A DNA stretch of 64,000 nucleotides, taken from the human T2T-CHM13v2.0 reference genome, Homo sapiens. A program made the translations under genes and the position numbers. Shown here piece by piece: positions 41,077 through 53,889 of this stretch (position 1 is its first letter; each line of letters starts with the position of its first letter). The notes under the pieces were generated by a model that saw nothing but the letters and a program-made list of their open reading frames with translations, was not told where the DNA came from and searched no databases. The DNA is taken from the NCBI RefSeq assembly GCF_009914755.1, contig NC_060928.1; one strand, 5' to 3'.

Positions 41077-44000
41077 TGTGATAGTTGATTACAAAAAGAA
41101 TCACACAGAGGTGGCAGAGCAAAATGGCCGAATAGAAATCTTCACTATTTTCCTCCCCACAGGAACACCAAATTGAACAACTATCCATACAAAAAAGCAC
41201 CTTCATGAGAAGCAAAAATTAGGCAAGCAATCACAGTACTTGGTTTTAGTTTCATGTTACAGAAAAAGGCACTGAAGTTGGTAGAAAAGACAGTCTTGAA
41301 TGGCTGCTGCTACCTCTCTTCCATCCCCTGGAGGCCACTGCATGCCATGGTGGGAGAATCTGTGCATTTAGGGGAAGAAGAGCACAGTGATTGTGGGACT
41401 TTGCATTAGAACCCAGTGTGGTCTGTCATAGCAAAAAGCAACATGGAGCAAAACTCAGCTGGCATCCACGAAGGAGCATTTAGACCACTCCTAGCCAGAA
41501 GGGAATCACCCATCCCAGTGGTAAGAGCCTGAGTTCTGGCAAGCCTTGCCACTGTGGGCTAAAGTGCACTGAGGTCCTAAATAACTGGAAAGGCAATCTA
41601 GACCACAAGGGCTGCAATTCTTAAACAAATATTGATGTTATGCTGGGCTCAGGGCCGAGGGATTTGGTAGGAACATGATGTAGTAAGATACCTGCTGTGG
41701 CAGTCAAAGGAGTGTTTGTGTCACTGCTTCCCCAAACCTAGATCGCATAGTTCACAGCTCCAACAGAGACTCATTTTTTTACTTCAGGAGAGAAAAGTAG
41801 GAAGGACTTTGTCTTGCAAATTGGATACCAGCTCAGCAACAGTAGGGCAGGGCATTGGGCAAAGGCTTGAGGCCCATATTCCAGGCCCTAGCTCCTGGAT
41901 GACATCTTTAGACCCACCCTGGGCCATAAGGGAACCTACTGCCTTGAAGAGAAGAACCCAGTCCTACCAGGATGTATTACTTGTGACTAAAAAGCCCTTG
42001 GGCTCTGAAAAGTCAGCAGCAATATCCAGGTAGTATTTGCCATAGGCCTTAGATGAGACTCAGAGATGCTCTGGCTTCAAGTGTGACCCAGCATATTCTC
42101 AACTGTGGTGGTTACAGAGAAGAACTACCTCTGTTTGAGGAATAGAGAGGAAAGAGTAAGGGGAATTAGTCCTGCAGCTTAGGTATGAGCTCAACCACAG
42201 TGGTTGCAGAACCAAGTGTGCCCATGGGGCTGAAAATTCCAGGCCTGGGCTCTTGGATGGCATTTATGGACCTGCCCTGAACCAGAAAGGAGCCCATAAC
42301 CCTAGAAGGAGAATCTCAGTTCTGGCAGCATTCACCACAAGCTGACTGAAGAGCCTTTGGGCCTTGACTGAACATTGGCATAGCCAGAGCCAGGCAGTAT
42401 TCACTGTGGGTCTGGGGTAGTGGCCATGGGGAATCACTCTTCTGCTTGTGGAAATGAGAGAGATGAGAAGGAAGGATGTTGTCTTGTGGCTTGGGGGCCA
42501 TAAGTAGAATAGTATATAATAGAAGTCTGCAGTAGAATAGAATGCCATTTCCTAAGGTTTCTGACTCTAGGACTTGGCTCCTGGATGGCATCTCTGGATC
42601 TGCCTGGGGCTGAGGGAAACTTGCCAATCCAAAGGGAAGGACACAAGCCTGGTTGGCTTTCCCATCTGCTGATTAGAGAGCTCTAATGTTTGAGTGAACA
42701 TAGACAGCGGTCAGTTACTGATTACCATGGGCCTTGGGCAAGACCTGCTACCATGCTGGGTTCAAGTCTGACACAGGGAAGTACTATTGGTGGTGGCCAC
42801 ATGAGTACTTGTGTCACTCCTCCAGCAGCTTCATGCAGCTACACACACATGCTCCATTCATTTGGGAGAAAATAAGGGAAGAAAACAAAAGTCTTCCTGA
42901 TAATCCAGAGAATTTTTTTCAGATCTTATCTAAGACCTCCAAGGTGGTATTTCTACAAGTCTGCAAGAGCCACAGCATTACTTGGCCTGTGGTGCCCCTA
43001 AAGCAGTTACAGCTACAAAGACTGAAAACTTAGATTTACAATATCCAAATTCATTCAATTACCTGGAGAGCCTTCTAAAGAAGGACAGATACAAACAAGC
43101 CCAGATTGCAAAGAATAAACCAAATACTTATTTCTTCTATGCCCAGACCCCAATGCCCATCCACAAACATCAAGACCAAACAAGAAAATATGGCCTTAAC
43201 AAAAAAACTAGGAAGCCAACTGGAGAGACAGAGCTATGTGACCTTTCAGGCAGAGAATACAAAATAGCAGTTTTGCTGAAATTCAATGAAATTTAAGATA
43301 ATACAAAGAAGAAATTCGGAATCCTATCAGGTAAATTTAACAAAGATATTGAAATAATTACAAAGATTCAAGCATAAGTTCTGGAGTTGAAAAATGCAAC
43401 TGACATACTGAAGAATGCATTAATGTCTTACCAGCAGAACAGATCAAGCAGAAGAAAGAATTAATGAGCTTGAAGACAGATTATTTGAAAATACACAGTC
43501 AGAGGAGACAAAAGAATAGATAATAAAAAGCAATGAAGCAAGCTTCTAAAATCTGCAAAATAGTCTCTAAGGAGAAAGTCTAACAGTTATTGGCCTTAAA
43601 GAGAAGGCTGAGAAAGAGATAGGGGTAGAAATTTATTCCAAGGGATAATAACAGAGTACTTCCCAAACCTAGGGAAAGATATCAATATTCAAGTACACGA
43701 AGGTTACAGAATAGCAAGCAGATTTAACTCTAGTAGGACTACCTCAATACATTTAATAATCAAATCCCCAAAGTTTAAGGATGAAACAAAAGGACCCTAA
43801 AAGCAGCAAAAAAAACAAAAAAATCAAACAATATACAATGGAATTCTAACATGTCTGTCAGCAAAATTTTCAATGGAAACATTTTATGCCAGGAGAGAAT
43901 AGCATGATATATTTCAAGTGCTGGAGGAAAAAACAAAAGCAACAACACCAACAACAAAAACACTTTTATCCTAGAATAGTATAGATCGTGAAATTATTCC

Positions 44001-45208
44001 TCAAACACGAAAGAGAAAGGCTTTCTCAGGCAAACAAAAGCTGAGGAATTTCATCTACACCAGGACTGACCTACAAGAAATGCTAAAGGGAGTTCTTCAG
44101 TCTGAAAGAAAAGGATGCTAATGAGCAATAACAAATCAGCTGAAGGTGCAAACTTCAGTGGTGATAGTAATTACACACACACAAAAAAACAGAATATTAT
44201 AACACTATCATTGTGCTTTATAAACTAGTCATATTTTGAGTAGAGAGACTAAAAGTTGAACTGATCCAAAATAATAACTAAACAGCTTTTCAAGACATAG
44301 ACACTACTACAATAAAATATAAATAGAAACAGAAACAGTTAAAAAACGGCGCAAAGTTAAAGTGTAGAGTTTTTATTAGTTTTCTCTTTGCTTCTTTGTT
44401 TGTTTATGCAATCAGTGGTAAGTTGTAATAAGGTTAAAATAATTGGTTATAAGATATTATTTGTAAGCCTTATGGTAATCTCAAATCAAAAAAATATACA
44501 ACAGATACACAAAAAATAAAAACCAAGAGATTAAAATATATCACCCAAGAATACCACTTTCACTAAAAGGAAGACAGAAAGAAAAGAAAGAAGGAAGAGA
44601 AAACCACAAAACAACCGGAAAACAAGTAATAAAATGGCAGGAGTAAGTCCTTACCTATCAATAGTAACATTGAATGCACAGGGACTAAACTTTCCAAATA
44701 AAAGACATAAACTGGCTGAATGAATTTAAGAAACTAGAACCAATAATCTGTTGTCTACAAGAAACAAGCTTCATCTATAAAGACACATATAGACTGAATT
44801 TAAAAAGTTGGAAAAAGATATTCCATTGCAGTAGAAACAAAAAAGAGCATGAGTAGTGATACTTAAATGGGTTAATTCAGCAAGAGGATATAATGATTTT
44901 AAATAAATATATACACACAACACTGGTACACCAAGATATATAAAGCAAATATTATTACAGCTAAAGAGATAGACTCCAATACAATAAGAGTAGGAGAATT
45001 CAACAACCCATTTTCATCACTGGATATATTATCCAGAGAGAAAAATCTAGACAGAATCTTCAGACTTAATCTTCACTATAGACCAAGTGGACTTAGTAAA
45101 TAATCACAGAACATTGAATCCAATAGCTGCAGAATATACATTCTGCTCCTCAGCACACAGATCATTCTCAAAGATATATCGTATATGTTAGCACAAAAAG
45201 CAAGCCAT

Positions 45209-46091
45209 TGAGAAGTGAAGCCAGCTGGGCTTCTGGGTTGGGTGGGGACTTGGAGAAATTTTCTGTCTAGCAAAAGGATTGTAAACACACTAATCAGCAC
45301 TCTGTGTCTAGCTAGAGGTTTGTAAACGCACCAATCAGTACTCTGTGTCTAGCTCAAGGTTTGTAAACACACCAGTCAGCACTCTGTGTCTAGCTAATCT
45401 GGTGGGGACTTGGACAAATTTGTGTCTAGCTAAAGGATTGTAAATGCACCAATCAGCACTCTGTGTCTAGTTAAAGGATTGTAAATGCACCAATCAGCAC
45501 TCTGTCAAAATGGACCAATCAGCTCTCTGTAAAATGGACCAATCAGCTCTTTGTTAAATGGGCCAATCAGCTCTCTGTTAAATGGACCAATCAGTAGGAT
45601 GTGGATGGGGCCATATAAGGGAATTAAAGCAGGCCAGTTGAGCCAGCAGCGGCAACCTACTCAGGTCCCCTTCCACCCTGTGGAAGCTTTGTTCTTTCGC
45701 TCTTTGCAATAAATCTTGGTGCTGCTCACTCTTTGGGTTTGCACTGCCTTTATGAGCTGTAATACTCCTTTATGAGCTGTAACACTCACCACAAAGGTCT
45801 GCAGCTTCACTCCTGAAGTCAGCGAGACCATGAACCCACAGGGAGGAACCAACAACTCCGGACGCCGACGCCGCCTTTAAGAGCTGTAACACTCAATGCA
45901 AAGTCTGCAGCTTCACTCCTGAAGTCAGCGAGACCATGAACCCACCAGAAGGAAGAAACTCTGGACACATCTGAACATCTGAAGGAACAAACTCCGGACA
46001 CACCATCTTTAAGAACTGTAACACTCACTGCTAGGGTCTGCAGCTTCATTCCTGAAGTCAGCAAGACCAAGAACCCACCAATTCTGACATA
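45209..46091 (+). mobile_element. LTR12 (HERV9) solo LTR, short LTR12F-like form
   Basis: tgagaagtgaagccagctggg start, repeats of caccaatcagcactctgtgtctagct, U5 repeats gctgtaacactca..ggtctgcagcttcactcctgaagtcagcgagacca, end aagaacccaccaattctgaca. Confidence 0.95.
45265..45630 (+). promoter_or_regulatory. LTR12 U3 enhancer/promoter with tandem CCAAT (NF-Y) boxes
   Basis: Seven exact CCAAT motifs counted between 45331 and 45591 in about 41-bp and 24-bp repeats. NF-Y binding to ERV9 LTRs is established; activity at this locus is unknown. Confidence 0.6.
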
Positions 46092-46522
46092 GTTACTATA
46101 AGCAACTATATGCCAATGAATTGAAACACCTAGAAGAAATATATAAATTTCTAGACATGTACAACCTACTACAATTGAACTATGAAAAAAAAAAGCATGA
46201 ATAGACCAATAACAATTAACGTGATCAAAGATGTAACAAAAAGTATTCCAGCAAAGAAAAGTCTGAGACCTGACGGCTTCACTGCTGAATTATACCAAAC
46301 ATTTAAAGAGAAACTAGTGGTAATTCTAGTCAAACTATTCTGATAAATAGAAGAGAGTGGAATACTTCCAAATTTATTCTACAAGGTTAGTATTACCCTG
46401 ATAACAAAACCAAAGACACATGCAAAAAGGAAAACAGACCAATCTTGTTGGTCGATATTCATGCAAAAATTCTCAACAAAACACTAGCAAACTGAATTCA
46501 ATGACACATTAAAAAGATCATT

Positions 46523-47182
46523 TGGGAAAATGCTTCCAGATTTTGTCCATTTAGTATGATGTTGGCTGTGGGTTTGTCATAGATGGCTCTTAGTATTTTG
46601 AGGTATGTTCCTTCAATACCTAGTTTATTAAGAGTTTAACATGAGGTGCTGTTGAATTTTACAAAAGGCCTTTTCTAAATTGATTGATACAATCATGTGG
46701 TTTTTGTCTTTAGTTCTGTTTATGTGATGAATCACATTTATTGATTTGCATGTCTTCAACTAAACTTGCATCCCAGAAATAAAGCCTACTTGATCATGGT
46801 GGATAAGCATTTGACTTGCTGCTGGATTCAGCTTGCCAGTATTTTGTTGAGGATTTTTGCATCAGTGTTCATCAGGGATATTGGCCTGAACTTTTTCTGT
46901 TGTGTCTCTGTCAGGTTTTGGTATCACGATGATGCAAGCTTCATAGAATGAGTTAAAAAGGAGTCCTTCTTCCTCAATTTTTTGAAATAGTTTCAGCAGG
47001 AAGGGTGCCAACTCTTCTTTGTACATCTGGTAGAAATCAGCTGTAAATCTGTCTGGTCCTGGGCTTTTTTTTTTGGTTGGTACGCTATTTATTACTGATT
47101 CAACTTCAGATCTCATTATTGGTGTGTTCAGGGATTCACCTTCTTCCTGAGTCAGTCTTGGGAGCAGGTATGTGTCCAGGAA
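46523..47182 (-). mobile_element. Inverted 5' segment of a nested L1PA13-15-type element
   Basis: Reverse-complement ORF2 from aagcattttccc back to ttcctggacacatac. Confidence 0.9.
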
Positions 47183-49003
47183 CAGTCACGTTAAGAGCCA
47201 AGTCAGAAATGCAATCCCATTCACAATTACCACAAAAAGAATACAAACCTAGGCATACAGCAAACCAGGGAATGGAAAGATCTATACAAAAAGAAATTCA
47301 AAACACTGTTCAAAAAAAACTAGAGACGATGCAAACAAATGGAAGAAACATTCCATGGATAGGAAGAATCAATATCATTAAAGTGTCAGTACAGCCCAAA
47401 GCAATGTATAGATTTAATGCTATTCCTTTGAAATTACCAAGAACAGTCTTCACAGCACTAGAAAAAAAACTGTTTTAAAATTCATATGGAACCAAAAATG
47501 AACTTGAATAGCCAAGGCAATCCTAAGCCAAAAGAACAAAGCTGGAGGCATTATGCTACCTGACTTCAAACTATACTATGGGGTTACAGTAAAAGAACAA
47601 ACAAACAAAACCCAGCATGGTACAGGTACAAAAACAGATACACAGACAAATAGAACAGAATAGAGAATCCAGAAGTAAGACTGCACACTTAAAACAATCT
47701 AATCTTTGACAAATCTGACATAAGCAAGCAATGGGGAAAGGACTACCTCTTCAATGAATGGTGCTGGGATAACTGGCTAGGCATATGCAGATTGAAACTG
47801 GACCCCTTCCTTACACCGTATATGAAAATTAACTCAAGATGGATTAAAGACTTAAAAGTAAAACCCAAAACTACAAAATCCCTGGAAAACAACTTAGGCA
47901 ATATTATTCTGTACTTAAGGATGGGCAAAGGTTTCATGACAAAGACACCAAAAGCAATTGCAACAAAGACAAAAATTGAGAAATGGAATCTAATTAAGCT
48001 AAAGAGCTTCTGCAAAGCAAAAGAAAATGTCAACATAGTAAACAGACAACCTACAGAATGGGAGAAAATATCTGCAAACTATGCATTTGAGAAAGGTCTA
48101 ATATCCAGCATCTGTAAAGAACTTAAACAAATTTATAAGAAAAGAAACAAACAATCCCAATAAAAAGTAGGCAAAGGACATGAAGAGACACTTTTAAAAA
48201 TAAGACATGCATGCAGTCAACAATCATATGGAAAAAAGCTAACATTACTGATCAGTAGAGAAATACAAAGCAAAACTACAATGAGATACCATTTCACTGC
48301 AGTCAGAATGACTATTATTAAAAAGTCAAAAAATAAATGCTGGTGAGGTTGTGCAGAAAAAAAAGAATGCTTGTACGCTGTTGTTGGGAATGTAAATTAG
48401 TTTAACCTTTGTGGAAAATAGTGTGAGAATTCCTCAAAGGCCTAAAAACAGAAAAATCATTAGACTCAGCAATCCCATTACTGGGTGTATATCCAAAGGA
48501 ATATAAATTATTCTATCATGAAGACACATTCATGTGTATATTCATTGCAGCACTATTCACAATAGAAAATACATGGAATTAACCTAAATGCCCATCAATG
48601 GTAGACTGGATTTTTTAAATGTGGTACATATATACCATGGATACTGTGCAGCCTTTAAAAAGAATGAGATCATGTCCTTTGCATGAACATGCATGGAGCT
48701 GGAGGCCATTGTCTTTAACAAACCAATGTGGGAACAGAAAACCAAAACCACATGTTCCCACTTATAAGTGGGAGCTAAATAATGAAAACACATGGATGCA
48801 CATAGGAGAACAGCAGACACTGGGAATTATCAGAGGATGGAATTAGGGAGGAGAGAGAGGATCAGAAAAAAATAAATAATGGGTACTAGGCTTAATAACT
48901 GGGTGGTGAAATAATCTCTATAACAAACCCCTATGACACAAATTTACCTACAGAACAAACCTGCACATGTACCCTTGAACTTAAAATAAAAGTTAAAAAA
49001 AAA
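47183..49003 (+). mobile_element. Nested L1PA13-15-type element, non-inverted 3' part
   Basis: ORF2 C-terminal peptides ([19 protein letters not shown]). 3' UTR gagaggatcagaaaaaa..aatgggtactaggcttaata...acccttgaacttaaaataaaagtt. TSD-like aaaaagatcatt / aaaaaaatcact, after which the host L1 resumes. Confidence 0.9.
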
Positions 49004-51277
49004 TCACTCATCATAAACAAGTGGGATTTTTCCTAGGAATGCAAAGATGGTTCAACATACACGAATTAATGTGATACATTACATCAACAAAATAAAGAAC
49101 AAAAAACATATCATTTGAATTGATGCAGAAAAAGCATTTGATAAAATTCAACATCATTTCAGGAAAAAAAATCCCCCAAAAAACTGGGTATAGAAGAAAT
49201 GTATCTTAATATATTAAAAGTCATATACAACAGACCCACAGCTAGTATCAGGCTGAATCTGTAAAACCTGAAAACCTATTCTCTAAGATCTGGAACACAA
49301 CAAGGACTCCCACTTTCACCACTGTTATTCAACATAGTACTAGAAGTCTTAATTAGAGCCATCAGACAAAAGAAAAAAAAAAGCATCCAAATTGGAAAAG
49401 ACAAAGTCTAATTATTCTTGTTTTTTGGTGATACAATTTTATATTTGGAAATACCTAAAGATACCACCAAAAACTATTAGAACTATTAAATTCAATAAAG
49501 TTGTGGAATACAAAATCAATGTGCAAAAATCAGTAGCATTTCTACATGCCAACAGCTGACAATCTAAAAAAGAAATCTTAAAAGTAACTCCATTTACAAT
49601 AGCTACAAATAAAATAAAATACCTAAATGTAAAAGTGAAAGGTCATTACAATGAAAAATAGAAGGTGTTCATGCAAAAAATTGAAGAGGACACCTAAAAG
49701 AGAAGATAATCCATGTTCATGGATCATAAGAATAAATATTGTCTAAATGTCCATAATACCCAAAGCAATCTGCAGATTAGAATCAATGCAATCCATATCG
49801 AAATATCAATGACATTCTTCTCAGAAATTAAAAAAAACCTAAATTTTATATGGATACACTGAAGATCCAGGATAGCTAAAGCTATCCTGAACCAAAAAGA
49901 ACAAACCTGAAAGAATCATATTACCTGACTCCAAATTAAATTACAGAGCTATAGCAACCAAAACAGCATGATACTGGCAGAAAAACAGATGCATAGACCA
50001 GTAGAATAGAATAAATTCCCCCAAAACAAATTTATATGTCTGCAATGAACACATTTTGACAAAGGTGCCTAAAATGTATATTGGAGAAAGGACAGTCACA
50101 TCAATAAATTGTGCTGTACACACTGGATATCTAAATGCAGAATAATGAAATTAGTTCCCTATCTCTTGCCATATACAAAAATAAAGTTAAAATGGATATA
50201 AAACTTAAATCTAAGACCTCAATCTGTGAAACTACTAAACAAAAACATTGGAGATACTCTCCAGGATATTGAACTGGGCAAATATTTCTTGAGAAATAAC
50301 CCACAAGCACAGGCATCTAAAGCAAAAAATGGACAAATGGGATCACATCAAGTTAAAATACTTCTGCATAACAATGAAAACAATCAACAAATTCAAGAGA
50401 CCAGCAGAATGGGACAACATATTTGCAGACTATCCCTCTGACAAGGGATTAATAATCAGAATATAAAAGAAGTACAAACAACTCTATGGGAAATAATCTA
50501 ATAATCTGATTTAAAAATAAGCAAAAGATCTGAATAGATATTTCTCAAAAAAATGGCAAACAAGTACATGAACAGGTGCACAACATCACCGATCATCAGA
50601 AAAATCCAAATCAAAACTGAAATGAGGTATTATCTCACCCCAGTTAAAATTATTTTCATTGAAAAAAACAGGCAATAACAAATGCTGGCAAGAATGTGTA
50701 GAAAAGGGAAGGAAATGAAACCCTTGCACACTATTGGTGAGTATGTAAATAAGCACAGCCACTATGGAGAAGAGTTCAAAGGTTCCTCAAAATACTAAAA
50801 ATAGAGCTACCATATGACTCAGCAATCCCACTGCTAGATACATTCCCAAAAGGAAGGAAATCAGTATTTCAAAGAGACGTTTGTACTCCCATGTTTATCG
50901 CAGCACTATTCACAACAGCCTAGATCTGGAAGCATCCTAAGCGTCCATCAACAGACAAATGGGAAAAGAAAATGTAGTACAAGTATGCAATGGAGTACTA
51001 TACAGCCATAAAAATGAATAAGATCCTGTCATTTCCAACAATATGGATGGAATTGGAGATAATTATGTTAAGTGAAACTAGCCAGGCACAGAAAGATGAA
51101 ATTTGCATATTCTCACATATTTGTGGGAGCTAAAAATTAAAATACTTGAACTAATGGAGATAGAGAGTAGAACAATAGTTACCACAGGGTGGAAAGGGTA
51201 ATTGGGGGATGGGAGGATGTGAGTTGGTTAAGGGATACAAAAATATAGTTAGATAAAATAAACAAGATCTAGTATTT

Positions 51278-51597
51278 GGCCAGGCATGATGACTCACACC
51301 TGCAATCCCAGCACTTTGGGAGGACAAAGCAGGTGGATCCCTTGAGTCCAGGAGCCCAGGAGTTCAAGAGCAGGACTGGGCAACAAGGTAAAACTCTGTC
51401 TCTAGTAAAAAAATACAAATTACCTGGGCATAGTGGTGTGTGCCTATAATCCCAGCTACTCGGGATGCTGAGGTGGGAGGATCACCTGAAACCAGGAAGT
51501 TGAGGAAATAGTGATCTGTGATTCCTTCCCTGCACTCCAGTCCAGCCTGGGTGACAGTGTGAGACCCTGTCTCAAGAAACAAAACAAAACAAAAAAT
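51278..51597 (+). mobile_element. Alu, AluJ-type, inside the L1MA 3' UTR
   Basis: Dimeric Alu (cttgagtccaggag, gagaccctgtctca). TSD aacaagatctagtatt / aataagattctagtatt. Confidence 0.93.
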
Positions 51598-52399
51598 AAT
51601 GAATAAGATTCTAGTATTCACTAGCACAACAAGGTGACTACAGTTGTCAAATATTTATTATACATTTTAAAATAACTAAAAGGTTTAATTGGATTGTTGG
51701 TAACACAAAGAAAGGGTAAAACCGTTAGTTGATGGACACCCATTTACCCTAATGTGATGATTATGCATTGTATACAAGTATCAAAATATCTCTTGTACCT
51801 TATAAATACATACACCTACTGTGCACCCACAAAAATTAAAAACTAAATTTGAAAAATAACTACAATTCTTGTCTTTTCCTGGTACCCAGTAGACTTTGAA
51901 AATTCACTTTGCAGCTCTTCACATATAATGGTAGAGTTGATTTCCCTACCCTCTGAATCTCAGCAGGACTAGACTTGCTTTTGCCAACATAATATGGTGG
52001 CAGTAATGGTGTGCTAATTCCAAGCCTAAGCCTCAAGGGGCATTATCAGTATCCACTCTCTTTGTCTTTGTCTTTTGCCTTCTCCATGAAGATCTCCTTA
52101 TACTCAGCTCTTGGCAAATGGTGCACATAGATGAGAACTGACCCAGCTGAGGCCCCAGATATATGAGAATACACACTGGCAGCTGACTGGCAGCTCACTA
52201 CAGGTGCTTGAAGAAGCCCTGCTGAGGTCAACTCAGATCAGCAGAAACTGTCTGCTGATCCATAGACTGCTGAGAAAAATAAATATTTGTTATTGTTTGT
52301 CACTGAAGTTTTATGGTTATTTGTTACCCAATATTATTATATGACACATAATTAATGCCAGATATTTCCATTGAGGTCATTCAGTCTTATGAAAATAGC

Positions 52400-52630
52400 C
52401 ATTCAGTCTCTGTGCTCTCACAGAGCTTGTTTGAATCCTTACTCCCCCAAATACTTTCTTAACATGATAGACAAATTTACAAATTCTTGAAGTTCATGTT
52501 TCCTTGTCATAATAATGAGGACAACAAAGTATCAACCTAATTGAGTTGTTTTGAAACTTAAATGTGATAATACATGAAACCACAGCAGAGCAGTTGACAC
52601 ATGGTACATGCAAAATAAACTCTAGTATTC
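52400..52630 (+). mobile_element. MIR SINE relic
   Basis: gtttgaatcc...gtttccttgtcataataatgaggacaac...gagttgttttgaaacttaaatgtgataatacatg...gacacatggtacatgcaaaataaac. Confidence 0.6.
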
Positions 52631-53889
52631 TTAGTTTCTTATTCTTTTGAAATAATTTTCAAACTTTTTCTGAATAGTTATGAATAGTTTAAAACTGAAT
52701 TTAAGTTTAACATTAAAATTATGTGACATAAACTACATGGTATGAATTATAATTGAACATTAAAAAAAGAATGAAAAAATAGGCTCAATAGAACACTGTA
52801 ATTAATTTTCTCAAGGGCAAGGATAAAGTTATATTCAACTATTTTATTTCCATCACTTAGCATATGTGCTACCATATTATAAGGACTAAATATTTGTTTG
52901 ATTAAACTTGTGCCTAAATGATAACATGGCACAAAAACTTCCTTTTGTGCTGCCATCAAATTCTGGCTGAAGATATAATTAATATAAGCCAAAAATTAAC
53001 TTTAATTAAATAACCACATTACTTTACACATACTGGCCGCTCAGTAAGCATTTGTTGATTTGACTATGAAATCAAATTGAAAACCACACAAAGGTCATGG
53101 AAATTAGGTAATTAGCTTTTGGGAGGTGAATAGGGCAGAATGAATTATTCAATACAGTTTCTATATTTTAAATAACTGTTAATACATGAGTTAACAAATG
53201 TCAGCAAGAAAGGGCTCTTTAAATATGTGAATGAACACTATAAAAGTGATCTCAATTAGCCAATAATCTGAAAATTATGTAGCAAATATTTAAAACATTC
53301 ACTTTATTTTCTTAATATATGGGGGATTTTTATTTAAAAAATCTGTAATCTAATAAGTGCCTCATTTCTGCTTAATGCCAGAGTTATACTAAATGATATT
53401 AAAAGAAAACTAGTAAAAAAAGTAATTTTATTTAGGAAAGTCACTACCTAATCAGAGAGATAAATATGTAATCAATGAATATAATCCTGAGAAATAGATG
53501 ACATTATGACCAAATGATACGTAAACAAAAGGTGTGGAATGCCTGTGCTAAGTGTGTGGGGTAGCAGGGTTTCTTCACTTCACGGGCAATGTTTAGTTCA
53601 TTCTACAAAGAAAATTAAAGTTCTTCATTTACAAAATGGGAGGAAGAAACAAATTCAAAAACTGCTATTGTAAGTTTTCAAATACACGTTGTGATATTTA
53701 ATTGCAATTTCATGTATGTATATAATAAGGCTGAAAATAATCATTATCTTAATGTGACTGAAATATTTATGAAAAAGCAAAATTTATATATGCTGAAGGT
53801 TTGGGAATTGAATTCAAGGTCTTTAATCTTTAAGGGAAATTTAAATTTCTCTATCACTGGCAGGAGAATATATATAAAGGCATAAAAGT

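Larger units (their letters stand above)
41108..51856 (+). mobile_element. Near full-length L1MA2/3-type LINE-1 with nested insertions
   Basis: 5' end gaggtggcagagcaaaatggccgaatagaa. ORF1 relic about 43180-44121. ORF2 start atggcaggagtaagtcc at 44634. 3' end cacctactgtgcacccacaaaaattaaaaa. Degenerate TSD aaaaagaatcaca / aaaaataactaca. Both ORFs are disrupted. Confidence 0.9.
41077..52362 (+). mobile_element. MLT1H-like LTR split by the L1 insertion (41077-41105 and about 51857-52362)
   Basis: tgtgatagttgattacaaaaa before the L1. Resumes as tacaattctt...ccaagcctaagcctcaag...aataaatatttgttattg..cactgaagttttatggttatttgttac after it. Confidence 0.75.

Noticed and set aside
45265-45600. Regularly spaced repeats superficially like a CRISPR array
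   Set aside because: These are LTR12 U3 tandem repeats with no unique spacers, in primate DNA with no cas genes.
47792-48163. 123-aa ORF with clear L1 ORF2 similarity
   Set aside because: A fragment of a truncated, frameshifted L1 that lacks its RT catalytic motif; not a functional gene.
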